DNA from: Balanoglossus misakiensis
Lineage: Eukaryota > Animalia > Hemichordata
Reading direction: 5' to 3'
Assembly (NCBI GenBank): GCA_040954595.2
Contig: CM082578.2
Span: 18,184,728-18,248,727 of the forward strand
Length of the DNA: 64,000 nucleotides
Part shown: positions 11,505-24,839 of the stretch, in pieces
How the letters are laid out: each line of letters begins with the position of its first letter
Numbering within the stretch: position 1 is the first letter of the stretch
Notes under the pieces: model-generated
Database searches by the model: none
Seen by the model: only the letters and a program-made list of their open reading frames with translations
What the model was told of the DNA's origin: nothing
Position numbers and translations under genes: made by a program

Positions 11505-14500
11505 TTCTTGGCATGCATCCTTATTTGCATATACCGCTGAGCAGTGAGCAGGAGTTCATCCAAATGCTGCTGCCCTCGCACAAGTGACCTGCATTGTCTG
11601 ACCTTTTGACCCAAAGTGATATATATTTTCCCACATAAACAGGATGTTGTAGCTGTGATCACACAGTTCCCTTGTTTGGTGGTGGGGAGAAAAACAAGTG
11701 TATTATCAAAATGACATCAAGAGACAATAAATTAAACACTGCCTGATTTTAAGAGGTTGTTTGAATGTACAGCAAGTTTTGCAAAATGTATTTTGACTTC
11801 ACAGTGTTAAACTGGTAACCTCCAAAACTCTTCATGTTATTAACCTGAAATTTTCTCTTTCTTGCAGTGGACATACAGTAGACCTTGGAAAAGTGATGGC
11901 ACAAAGTCATGTGGGGGAAAAAGCAACAGAGTTCTATATAAAATTTCCTTTATATTTTATACATAGGAAATGCATAAAAATTGTGGTTATTAAACCTGTT
12001 GTATCAGAATATATAGTAAACCAGGAGCTCAACGTCTTATTATGCCGAGAAAGTTAATTAAAATCTCCATGAATTCTATTCAGCATTGTTCATTGCAAGC
12101 AATAAGAACCCTAACAAGTGTCACTTCCAGTGTGTTGTATTGTTACTGGTCAACTAGTTCATACTTGCCAGGGCCGTTTCTTTTCACTGTGCAATTTTAT
12201 GGAGCTATTTTCTCCATAAATCGAAGCCCATGACTGCTGCCCACTTAACAGCACTCCACTTGTAATTATACAAACTGCAGTATTGAGAAACCCTATTTGA
12301 ATCCGAGTTATGGTTACACCAATCTCTCAAAGATTGCACATTTAATTGTCTTTGTGAGATACTCTGCTATTATGAAACAATTACCATAAATCTGCCCAAT
12401 TGTTGCAACTCGGTGTGCTTTGAAATACAGGCAGTATAATTATCTCCCCTTTGTGTGTTCATGATTCAGAAAAGCTGTTGCGCCTTACAGAGTTGGATCA
12501 CTGCGATCTCAAAAAAAAAGCTTTTGCACAAGTGCCCATTTGGCAGACAAGCCAGACAATAAGATGTGGTGTTTTCAATCATGAATTTGCCTTTGTTTTC
12601 CCAAAAATATAATTACTAATGCAATGTGCAGTCTGTGTACCTTGTTTTGAAGAACACAAAGATAACTGTTAATGGACTTTGCTCTGTGAATAACATAATA
12701 CATTCTAATTGGGTCATTGCCACTATTTCACTATCATTGTATGTAAATGAGAGACCCCACAGGAACAGATGGTCAGGCTGATTAGCATAAGTTCTCAAAA
12801 GCCGCTTAGGTTGGCAGATAAAATAATACCTGTTGGGGGTTGACGCAATTACCGTTTCCGATGCTGTTACCAGGTTGATTTCGGAGGCGATATTTTTTGT
12901 GCTCATTTGGTTGATCCACGATTTCTGTGCAGTGAATAATAGTTTTCATGGTTAGTTTGGCCATTAAAGCCTTGTTCACCTGATGCAGATGTGCCTATCA
13001 GAAATTCCCCTTGTAGGAAAACAAGTCAACCGGGGTAATTCAGCGTGACATATTTCAGGAGTAAACGATTTAAGATATGAACCAGATCCCCTTCTTGATT
13101 TTATTTCTCTGTTATACAGAGATCCAATGTCCACAGTTTTTTCTGAACTCGGATAGAATTGAGGTTACGCTTGCACTGTGGGAAAAGCTTTGATGATATC
13201 AATCAGGAAAGCTTCAAGGTGATAATATAATGGAAATTGATAAGCTCTATGGACAGTGTCAACAATTCCAGATTATTCTATCAGTGGTCATGTTATAACA
13301 CAGAAATTATGGGAAAAAACACGTGTCTATATAGCTGTACATTCTTTTGCATTTTTTAGTTTGTAGGGAAAGCAAAGCATACGGCTATAGGCACTAGTAT
13401 TAAATGCAAGGTGCATGTATATACTTTTGAAGTTTTTTTATCTGATCAAAACCCCAAAACATGTCATTCAAAAACAACCTCCATAGCAACTTTTAAGACC
13501 CATCGGTATTTCCCTCTCTCCCCTACCCGCTCAACAAAACACTAAAGATCCACATTCTGACACAGCCACACATAGTGTGTTTATTTTGTAGTGCAATTGG
13601 CCTTGTGCCTGTTGAACAGCTAGTCCAGCTCTCAAATAACATTTACCTGACAGATAAGCCTAATATCAATGGCGGACAGTCAGGTTGGTTTTCTACTTTG
13701 CAAACCAAGGTATGTTTATTTTGGCAAGGACCTTCCCTGGTAAACTTTGTGTCTCAGGCTTGGGTGGTGGTTTTATCTCCTGACAATGGAAGATATCCGG
13801 GTATATTGTCATCACGTCCACTACATTATAAAAGTATCAATTACAACTCTATTTCGCACATCATCATATGGCTCAGTACTCTGTATGCTATGAGAGTAGG
13901 CTGCTTGTAAAAAGAACACATTGTTCGTTGTTTGAAAATATTTAATCATTATTTTCATTTATAAAATCATGTTTTAGGAATATACACAATTTCATCAGAT
14001 TTGTACATGATGGCAAAAATATGCTCTTCACAGGTTTCACAGACTTAATTTTCTTTTGGCTCTGAGCCACCACCATCCCTTCACAAATGCAGAAGGACCG
14101 TGGGCTGGCAGACAATGCATTTGCTCAAATAGGGAAGTGATCTTGGAGGGATACGGGAGTGCTTGAAACCACACACTTCTTTGTGAATAGACCGCATTGT
14201 AACAAACACTGACAGCTGATACTTGACCCCCCTCCCCCACTACGTCAAACTACCCACGGTTAACCATGCGTTCATCCGTCAGGGCGTACAAAAAAGGCAA
14301 TAAATCCCGATCAACCTGTGGATCGCCATTGTTGTGAAATTTATGCTCCGTTCTTTTATTCTTTTGTGCTGCTGCGCAGTTTCCACGAGAGCCGTAATAA
14401 ATTACGTTGCCATCTTTTGTTGGAATCAATGAACTAGCTGCTTTCCAATTTGTGTGGATTAAATTTGCTGTGTGTGTTTTCACTCTTCAAGCAGTCTTAA

Positions 14501-15323
14501 TTATATTTTTGGGGTACAAAAATCAGAATTGCAAAAAAAATTCATATGGTCACACCCTGTCTGACTCCCCCAGCAATGTGTGACCTAGTTTAATAAAAAA
14601 TATAACTGCAAAATCCGAGCATAATTCATCTTTGTGTGTGGGATTGGACCTGAGGGGATATAGAAGGATCATAAAATGCAACAAGGTGGCACTATACATG
14701 AAACTTTGGCGTTTCAGTGATTAATTTTTGTTGCAACAGTTTGTTCGGGCTCCGTTACTGAGTGGGAAGGTAAGTCGGCCGTCTGATCTGGTTTTGACGA
14801 CAATCAGGGCATAAAAAGAGACCTGTAAAATTGTCATCTCAGGGGCATGACTGTGACTGTGTAGGGACAATGCAAAGCAGACATTGCCATTATTTTAGAT
14901 AGACAGTCAAGATGTGTGACAGGGTCCACGCAGATATTCCTTGCTGTGGTTGACCCCTTCCCCACCTTCCCAATACAAAGGCCCAAATCCATCATTGGAA
15001 AACAAGTACTGGGTGTTCAACAAGTGTACACGGAAAGGGAGGGGTGAGGCTCGTAAACCTGTGATTTCAGATGCACTTAGATTAATTATGCTCATAAATT
15101 GCATCAGTTAAAGGGCGCTTTTACCAGAAAGTACATTCTGAAGGACATCCTCTTCCTCCAGTCTTTTGGATAAAAGATGTTTATTTTATACTCTCGTCAC
15201 TACCATGATGTCTAGTCGCTGCAGTGACTGTGGTTAACTAAAAAGACGGAAGTCACGCTTTCTTGCCATATGTTTTGTGTAGGACACCGCCATTTCCCAA
15301 ATGATGTAGTGGTGAACATCACC

Positions 15324-15415
15324 CAGTCACTCCCTGGACATTCACTTGCCGTTTACCCTAAACCTAACCCTAGCTCTCCCTTCTGCTGGGTGTGGAAATG
15401 TCCAGGGGGTAACTG
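15324..15415. mobile_element. MITE-like foldback with a telomere-like internal motif
   Basis: 19-bp inverted repeat with 2 mismatches (CAGTCACTCCCTGGACATT / AATGTCCAGGGGGTAACTG). Internal CCCTAAACCTAACCCTA. Confidence 0.55.
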
Positions 15416-16243
15416 ACATATATCGAGTTGAGTTGGAACTTTGCAATGGAAATAAAGGAATGCAACATACACATCAAAATTAGCAAATAAATGTCTTTAT
15501 TGGATCTCTTAGAATTGCTAAAACAATGGTTGTCTCATGAATGGTTGCAACAATTCGTCACCATGCATTCTCCATGAAAGGTTCAAGCTGGCCTCTGAGG
15601 CCTGAAGTGTTCTGTCGCAATTGCACTCAACATCATTTCAGTCAGATGAGGGGGAGTCTAATGCAAAACTTCCTCCTCCTCCCCCTCCCTCACACACACA
15701 CTCTCTCAACCTGCTTAGTACAAGGCCAACTGATGGCCTGAGCAGAACAGCTAAACAGAACTGTGGCCTGTGTCAAATGACTACAAAACCCTGTAGTCTG
15801 TAAATGGGTGGCATATCTGCTTACTGACACAGGATCCTATGTAAACAGACAAGGCAGTTCAAAAGAGCTCATTTTCAGCCTCAATCAGGATGCTCAAGGC
15901 AAAGCCTTTTAGCAAGAACTTTTTTTGGTCATCTGGTCCTAATTTTATTTTTAGAAGGTTATATCCCAGGCTCTCGTCTACTTCCAAGTCATAGATAAAT
16001 CTTCGTTTTCTAACATACAGGGGATTGAGTACTGGGGATATGTATTGTCACAGACAGTGATGTAAAAACAGGTGAACAGTGGCTTGGGTTGAGTTGGACA
16101 TTGTACAATCATTGCTTTGTTGGCAAGTACAAGAGGAATGCTGTTATATGCCTGTACTTGTCAGTCCTTGGCGGCTTTGGCTACACAAAAATCACCTGTT
16201 GTTGTCGTTTTTTGTCATGCACTCGGGGACAGACAGACAGTGG

Positions 16244-19200
16244 TTATTTTCCCATCCTGTTGTCTCCGGTTTCTTTTATGTAGCTGTCGACGATCTCTTT
16301 GTCCTGTGCGTAGTACTTTGGAATCCGATCGAACTGCTTGGGGTCCAGATCGGCGAGCTGGATCTTGTAGTAGAACTTGTGACCAAAGCGGTCTTCAACA
16401 AAAGGCATTTCAAGGACCGTGCTGTAGAACAAAAACAAAAGACACAGAGACCCAGGATGTAGTGTATCATTCAGTTCAGTGTTTACAAATGAAAGTGTCA
16501 CTTTTTCTATTGATTTGGGGGAAAGAGCTAGGGGTGGGATCACTTTTCCTATTGTCAGATCTCCAGGCTTTGCCCTCGTGAATTGGCTTTGACCAAAGCT
16601 GTTGGGCTTTGTTCTACTATTTGTGGAGTTGTGCAAGCCGCCGTAATAGATGTGCCGTTTCTCATGCAAATCAGGCATTTTTTTACAAAACCCTGGGAGT
16701 GCGTGCCTCCACTAATCTGATCCATCAAGAGATGCAAATTAGTGTCTATTGTGGCGCCCAGCAGCTGGGAATGTGGTGGGTTGACTGTGTTTTTGTTGTG
16801 TGTGTGTTTTTTCAGTGTGACTCAAAAAGTGATTTTCTCTGAGAGTCTATTGTTGGACTGAAAGTGTCCAGTGTTTTGAATGAGTCCAAACTGCCTCAGA
16901 AGCTTGAATTATGCAGCTATGCAAAGGCGGACTACCCTTCAGTCACTTTTGCTTCCTGAGGGAAGACAAAAGATCCCATCAGACAATCCATTGAGAAACC
17001 CTGCCGACTGCTGCCACCCCTACATACCATAAGAGGTGTGTGCGTGAGGGGGGGGGGGTGCAATCTTGATTTCCTTTCTATTCAAGCTGAATACAATCCA
17101 TCCAGACGACTTAGTCACAGCAGAAATGATAGAAAGAGAGAGAGAATAGTTGCTGAGTACAATATGCATTCACGTACAACTGAATAAAATGAAAACAAAT
17201 CATGATTGAACCTGTTCCAATTGATATCACTTATTAGCAGTTGGGTATCATGAGACAACCAGAAAGGTTTATGTCAAATGTGCACTAAGATAGAAAGACA
17301 AGACCAAATGTTATCAAATAACACAAAATTCGTATCTAATTTTTTTGGGGGGGAGGGGGGAGGGTTACTAGTCTTTGATAACTGATAGGTAAAGTAATTT
17401 TGACTAGTGTCTCCAAGTAAGCATTTCCTACTTTGTAGTTTTCCAGTAACTGCAGGCCTAAAATATATCTGTTCTCTTTCAAAAGAAGGTCATCTAAAGT
17501 TGAAGCCAGAACTCACCTCTCCTTGACTGGATGTAATGCAAGCATAATGGAACAATCTTTCACCGTCTTGGAGACCAGATATTCCTTGATTTTCTTCACG
17601 TCACTTTGGAACGTTTCCGGAATATCATCGTCACTTCCAGCCAGAAAGCTTTCATCATAGGGTCCATCTAATTTCCATTTCTCTCTAACTCAAGGAAGGC
17701 AAAAAAATAGTTCATGTCAATTTAAGACAATCATTGTGTGTGTATAATGCTTGAGCTGTGGCATGAAAGAATCACGTACAAGTAGATTTTTTTGTCAATT
17801 GATTGATTTTTTCAACTCATCCCCACCCCACAGCTCACCCCAGTCCCCGCCTGTCCACCCTTTCCCCCATGGAGCTCTCTGAAATGTGCTACCTATATTC
17901 ACATTGCAGTGGAATTCTTGTCAATGCTGTGGAAGGATTGATTGGGGAGCTAGTAAGTCTATCAAACACTGAAAGAGGATTTCATGACACCACAAAATCA
18001 TTTCAATTCATAAATCCTGCCACTTAGAACTTTGGCAGTTAAGATATAAAATAAGAATTCTATGTGATAGACTACAAGACTACAGTCAGAACCTCTCTGT
18101 CACAGGGTGGAGGTACTGTTGAAAGTCGGCTGGTGCCTTTATTTATATACCTGTCAGACGGGTTCTCCTTGAAGTGTTGGCAAAGTCTTTGATGGAGTGG
18201 ATACACGCCTTCTATGTTCAACCCATCAAGTTGCTGTACTTGCAGCAATCTGTGCAACACACAGCCATCCGGCAGACCATAATCACCTAGTATGTAAAAC
18301 AGTGGACATGAAAAACTTTATGGTAAATGTTCATATTATCCATGTACAGGTTAACCAGCATATTACATACTAGTACATATGAACTGTTACAGTATGGGGT
18401 GATGGGGGAGGGCCGCGGGGAGAGAGAAATGATTATGAAACGCCCAGATGGAAAATAAGACTACATGTTCGTCATTTGGACTGAATTTCTTTGAACCCTG
18501 ATAAACAGAGTGAAAAATATCAGCATCCACTATTCTTATTCGATATCTGGGATCATTATCTTCTCTTCAACTTAAAACTTCTGATGCAGGACTCAGCAGA
18601 AACCCACATGGAGAGACACAGTGAGTGGGCCCACAGTCAAAATGCAAATGGCACCCACGCACAGCAACCGGATCACACACGGCAACCAAATCATATTGTC
18701 ATCCAATATATAAAGCCAGCCAAGAGTTCGGCTTCATTATGCCAAAAAATTAGGGTCACCCACACATGACACTTGCGCACTCAGATGATAAACTACGCAG
18801 TACTCTGTCTTGGGTTACCTCAGCTGTGGTGTAATTAAACCCACACACTGTGAGATACCAGTTTAACTGAGACAGAATAAGTGATATCAGATGTCATGCG
18901 CGCCGGAGGAGGGCAAATCTTGGAATCAACAACAGGCCTATAATACCAGCAGATGGAAATTTCACTGTCTACAGCCTAAATTATCAGGTCACGTTTCTCT
19001 ATGAATTTGAAATTTTGATCAGATTCTGCCATCTCTTTTGGTTTGCTTGCAATTAAGACTCGTCTTGTTGGGCCAATCTTGTTGCCAATGGTATCCTCGG
19101 AGGTTTGGGGTTATGACTATATTTTGTGGCACGCCAGTTTTGGCAGCAAATCATCACGTTTTAAGCTAGAATTACACACAGCCAATTTTACAAAAAGCAC

Positions 19201-22200
19201 TGCATCCTACTGCGCTCAATTAATTGCAAGCATCTGGGACATGTAGTCATTTCTAATCATGGACTTGCAAAAAGTTTCCCATTCAGATGCTGCATATAGG
19301 ATCATAGGAAAGTCAGTTGGCCACACATCTGAAAATAACTGATTCATAACAGGAAATCTGCAAAGTGATTACTTTAAAACATATCTAATGTCATGTTGGT
19401 ATCGTATTTTCATCCTGTAAGTTACATTAAAATGAACATACATTGACAGCACACAGTTCAGAAATCGATGTACAATATGTAATAACTGTGTATGGTAACC
19501 CTTGTACCAAGTTTATGTAAATTTTACAGACTGGTGAATTGTACCCAGGGACCAGCAGCAAAATATTAACCAATAGTCTGAAATTTCCATATCCTGAAAA
19601 TTCAAGTTAATAATTAAGGGGCAGTGGTCACATTCCAAAATAAAGCAGACTATCTCACACCTGTGGATTCGTGCCCTGGCTTAAATTCACTTCCTAAACA
19701 TTTCTGGTGCGTTGGAGTTTCTAATTTCATCTTCTTCTTTGGATTTGACTTTGACCTTTCTGTATCCTTGACAGTTGACACAAGTGTTGTTATGATCACA
19801 TCTTTGAGCGACTGAAGAGACGAGCTGAAATTTAAATAATTATAATATGATCAAACAATAATTCACACTGTATGCTGGTAAGCTGAACGCCACCCCCACC
19901 CTGACTGATTTAGCTACTTACAAGTTACAGGCAATGCAACAAACAAGTTGTACAGTATTGACATACAGTCTTCTGATACTATAAATATATCTTTTTTTTC
20001 ACAAATTGAATGTGTGTCAATAGCAACCACTGGAAAGACAACTCTTGAATTAGCTCAGTCTATTTACAGTGTTCGCTGAACTGAGGCAAGATTGCATGGT
20101 CACCTCATCTCCCAGGTATCAACATTTATGTCGGCAAATATTTTGCTCCATGGACTGTGTTTCACTACCTCCCACATAGACAATTGTGAGTCGGCTGTGG
20201 GGCAAGATGGTGCTTGCTGCAAATTAGCATTTGAAATCAGTATTTTCTGTAAGATTTCTCTTCCTCAACACACATGTACCTGGACAGTTTCTCTTTCTGG
20301 TTTCATGACCTTGCCGTTAGTCAGAAAAGCCCCAACTGCAGGTACCAGACAGGTGCCAACAGCCCGTCTGGCAACTTAACGCTGTATTTGACATATTTTG
20401 GTGAAATTTCTTGTGTTGTAACCTGGCACCCTCTTTAATATGTTTTTGTCAGATTTTTGTCACCCCGTTGCCAAGTTACAGTCTTACCCTTGGTTGCACA
20501 AAACTGCTGGGAAGTAACTTTTAAAACTTAGTATCTGAGTAAGCAAATCGCCATTCTATCTCAGACTTATGCAGATTAGCTTACTCCTTGTGCATGTTCA
20601 GACATGTACTGTAAGCTCTCATTGAGATTCTCAGTTATACTTCATGCAATGTATAAAAGTCATGTACTGCCTCAGTATGTGCACAGGAAGAAATACACTT
20701 GGGTCAAAGTTTCAAGGACTGTTACTTTTTTTTGTCTAAATCCTTTCTGTGTCAGTCATGCTTTTTTGGACACACATCCTGAAGAATCTCTACTGTAGCC
20801 ATGCCAACTACCTTGTTTCAATGGTTTCATTATCATCGTCAGAGCGGCCAAAGTAGGGATTCATCAGGTTGATGAGTTTTCGGACGGCATCCTTACATGG
20901 AGGTTGTTTGTCATGACAGCCGTACAACAGAGCACCGTCCTGTGACAGAGAAAACACATATGACAGTTGAATGGCAGCAGTGAAACCCTAAATGTGAGAA
21001 TTTTACCCAAAAATAAAACAGCTGTTTGAGGTGCTTTAATTACATTTACATGTGTTGCAAAACTGGGCAATACATGTTGGCAAGACTGACTGGTCACTCT
21101 GACAAGTGGTGTGCTTGTTAAAGGAGAACGGACAATGATGTGAGTGCCACAATCTTGGTACAAGAAGTGGCCTTATCAGAAATACATGTAATACAAGGAA
21201 ATGCACATACCTTGAATATCCTGAAATTGTTCTGTGGATTTGACAACAGAGCTGTAAGCGCATACAGCATCGAGCATTTGTTCCTGCAAGATAAAGAACA
21301 AACGAATTCTAGTATCAATAATACATCCCATAATACATGTATGTCACATTACATGATTCTGGAATTTGTAATTCACAATAATCCCCCTTTGAATTTGTAT
21401 TTCCCATTCCCTGTAAAAAAATCTAACCTAGATGTGGTATGGATCCATAACTTGTTGGAATGTTGCAACATTTAGCATCAAATCTCTCATGCGCCAAGAC
21501 ATTAACGGACACGGAGTCATCTCCTGAACTAGTTTTCTGTTTATGCATCACAAATTTTGAAAAGCATATTTGAATATCATGTTCCAGTAGGGCACGGAAG
21601 TTCAAATGACACACATACCCTGAGAATAAATCAACAGGGCAATAATTACTTTGCTCTGTCCATTTGCCTTCTGTGACCTATAACAGAAGATAAAAATACA
21701 ATAAGAACATTCTTAATGGCTTCATAATACTGCTCAAGTCTTTGTGGAGTGACCACACTTTTTTATCACGCCTTTAAGTATGATGACTTGTCCAGTCACA
21801 ACTCGTCAAAAGTCCCCTTTGATGTACAAGGCTTGATCATGCATTTTAATGAGTCGGCTGCTGGAAGTCATGAATAAATCACCAAATTCAACTCAAATAT
21901 GCATAATTTATAGTAGCTGTAAAGATCCTAGTCAGAACTGTCCAGTTGTGAATTTGAAGACATTCAATGACCTAAGTCATAATTCATATGCAAAAGTATT
22001 ACCCACTTATAGCTAAATCTCGCAAGAAAAGCAGACCCTGTCTTACAGCACATCAGCTACAGTACTGCTCTTTTGAGGGTGTATCCACCCCCCCCCCCCC
22101 CCAAGGGGATATTGATCATGCCTCACCTTTGACCGCTGGTGCATGCAGAACCTGCACACCGACTTCTTTATGCTGTATTCCTTTGAGATCAGGGAAGATG

Positions 22201-24550
22201 TGGGCAAAAATCCACACTTTGGCTGCAAACATGAACATACACCAGTACATCACGGACAACATATAACATTAACATTGTCTTATTGACTACTTTTTCTATT
22301 TTGATATTTTGCTCTTGACATGCTTTATTATAGTGTTGACTGATTCAGGACCCTTTGTAAAGGGGTAGAAGTACCACCATGGATCTGAGGGAATGCTGCA
22401 TGGGTAAAGACACTACCTCAAAACGCAGCATTTTTTTTAATGTTCCCCAAAGAAACAGACACCTACTTTTATTTCAATGCAGAAAGTTGAACCCTCGTCA
22501 CTGTGCTGGCCGGAAAGACTACAAAAATCTGGAGACTTCAGCGCGTATCGGCAGTCGATGTTGACTTTGGTCTTGAGACGTGCCTTTGGTCTCAGACGGT
22601 TGAAGTTTTGGTGCACCTGTTGCAGAAATTCACCCGAAATTTCCACAAGCTCCTGGAACCAAGTGAAAGACACAGCAAAGAATAGCGTAATTATTAGAGA
22701 ATTATAAGCGTTAATGGGATGCAAAAGAGGGTTTTTTCAAAAAGAGAACCACACCAACACTAAGTGAATAACACACTCTGAATCAAGCAGACAACCCATC
22801 AACACAGTCTTTGAAGGAACACAAAAGGTTGGAAAATCTCAAAAAGTGTGAAGTGTGGACCTCTAGTAGGTTTTTCTTCCTGGCACACTTTACACCCTGC
22901 CCAAGCTGTGGAAAACTTTGAACACTGCATGTGCCAATCCCAATGAATTGTGAAAGCTTCTATAGCTTTTAATTACCCTTTCACAGCTTCTTCTGTTAAA
23001 AAAAGTTCAGTTTAGATGCAAGCTATTAATTAATGTATCTATTGTACTGACATTTTCAAGCAAATCAAAGCAAGTCAGAACTTCTGTATAGCATTTTTAA
23101 CAATCAAGCATTCACCCTTTAAACTTTCGCTGGTATTTAACAGATAATTGAGAAAAATGATCTTGTGCATTAATTCGCTCAGAGCCATTTGAAATAGGAT
23201 CTTTATTCTTTGTTCTGAAACCTTTCTGGTTACATATAATAGCCCAAGCAAAGTTTAAAAAGTGAATGCATTATTTATTGTAAAAATGATCTTGTGTATT
23301 AATTTTCTTTGAGTCATTTGAGATAAGACCATTTTTGCTTTGTACTGGAAAATACTTTCCCTTGAATATGTCAAGTAAAGCTTAAAGGGTGAATGCTTTT
23401 CTGTATAAACGATCTTGCATAAGTATTGTTTTATAGAGCCATTTTGAAATAAGCAACAAGCTTTGTTTGGATTACATACACCAAGCCTTTTCCATCCTTT
23501 GATTATTCATTCAGACAAAAACAAGCTGAAGTTGCCACAAAACGTCAGGGCAGAAAAATACCTACCCTGCGACATACATATTCCCCTCCCAACAATGGCA
23601 TCATCACATTTTCCATGTAGTCCAGTTTATACAACAGCAACTTCTTTAAAGTCTCGTTTTTATGGCTTTCATGCTGTAAAATATAAATTAGGACATTTCT
23701 ATTAATACCAGGTACTAGCAGCTAAAGTACATGTACACATAGCATGTATTGAAATTAATGGCTGTGGCTACACAAGATAGGTGAATGCTTCATTTGAACA
23801 CTATCCAGCATGTGATAGCTTTATCCTGAACAAAATTCGCACACACAAGCCAGTCATAGAAATCAATCTTTAAGCGCATAATCAAGCCCCAGAATAGTGT
23901 CTTGCAGCCGCCCCCACCCTGCTATTATCCCATGATGCATTGCTAAGAACACTTTCAAACCACAATGTACATAATTAATGGCATATTCTAGTTCATAAAA
24001 ATTAATATGTACATCTCTGTTATGTTCAGAAGAGCAATAAACAACATAGTACTGATGAAATTCAAGAATAATTCACCAACGTAGAGAAAGGTCAAGGTTT
24101 TCACTCAGGTTAAACCTTTCACCACCATGGTTTCACCTACATCCATTGTTTTCTATGGTAAAGATGGACCTCTGTAGATGAAACTGGAGGCGAAAGGGTA
24201 TATAATACAATTATACCTAGAATTTATATTAAATTTTGACATTGAATTTACCTTGTTGCAGTTCTCTTCGTCCACACTCTGTTTAAGTAAATGACAAACG
24301 ACATTCTCCTGTGGTCAAAACAATCAAAGTACCTGTCAGTGTAGGAATTGGAACTGATAAATCTTTATTATTATACTGCAGTAGAAAAAGATCTACGACT
24401 ATATGACCACACAAACATCCATAATACAATGCAAAGAGCAATAGCAACTGTTGAATTTTTAGGAAAACGTACATGTTTTGATGCTATGACCAGATTTGCA
24501 TTTCCTTCACCTCGATAACACCAATCATCGATCAACTGTGGCAATGCCAT
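16244..24550 (-). CDS. IPPK: Inositol-pentakisphosphate 2-kinase, 12 coding exons, ~476 aa
   Basis: Exons on the minus strand: 24550-24473 (WCYRGEGNANLV), 24308-24252, 23673-23566, 22652-22467 (CIEIK), 22222-22127 (PKCGF...CRFCMHQ), 21677-21619 (YCPVDLFSG), 21283-21211 (PQNNFRIFK), 20939-20812, 19824-19661, 18286-18151 (LLQVQQLDGLNIEG), 17684-17517 (KDCSIM), 16421-16244 (DLDPK). The total of 1431 nt is in frame and contains the hallmark Ipk1/IPPK motifs. An in-frame stop lies upstream of the ATG. Confidence 0.95.
23105..23455. repeat. Degenerate ~128-bp tandem repeat (3 copies) with an inverted segment, in an IPPK intron
   Basis: AAA(T/C)GATCTTG...GAG(C/T)CATTT...GA(A/G)ATA at ~23155, ~23284 and ~23407. 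AAGCATTCACCCTTTA (~23106) is inverted to TAAAGGGTGAATGCTT (~23382). Confidence 0.6.
24109..24202 (+). mobile_element. ~90-bp piggyBac-like MITE copy
   Basis: TTAAACCTTTCACCACCATGGTT...TTTTCTATGGTAA...GGCGAAAGGGTATA, the same family as 59540-59632, in an IPPK intron. Confidence 0.7.
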
Positions 24551-24839
24551 CTTCTCATCTTTGAAGGCCACTTTCCATGATCTCCAAGCAACAGTAGACT
24601 AGTTTCTATGACACCTGTGAAAAGAAAAGACATTTGTAAAAACCAACAGTAAAATATACCCACGATCACCACGTTAACAATTATGATTTATACATAATAG
24701 AATAAGTTTATTGTTTCTGTATAGACTTTTTTTCTCTCTTCTGATTTTTTATTTAATAATATTAATTGTCAACAAAGAGAGATACGTCAGAGATGCCGAC
24801 TAACGTAGGGTCAACGCAAACTTGAGCGTCTACGTTGCA

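Noticed and set aside
12600-13250. Possible extra gene between the EGF gene and IPPK
   Set aside because: Only short ORFs, with no domain similarity or coherent exon chain. Likely UTR or intergenic.
14250-14483. ORF ending LPFLYALTDERM, reminiscent of GPCR TM7
   Set aside because: No upstream hydrophobic helix and no other GPCR exons. Likely chance.
20105-20247. Open phase-0-to-2 segment that could be a mutually exclusive IPPK exon
   Set aside because: Weak acceptor and donor, and no similarity to the conserved DGALLYG exon it would replace.
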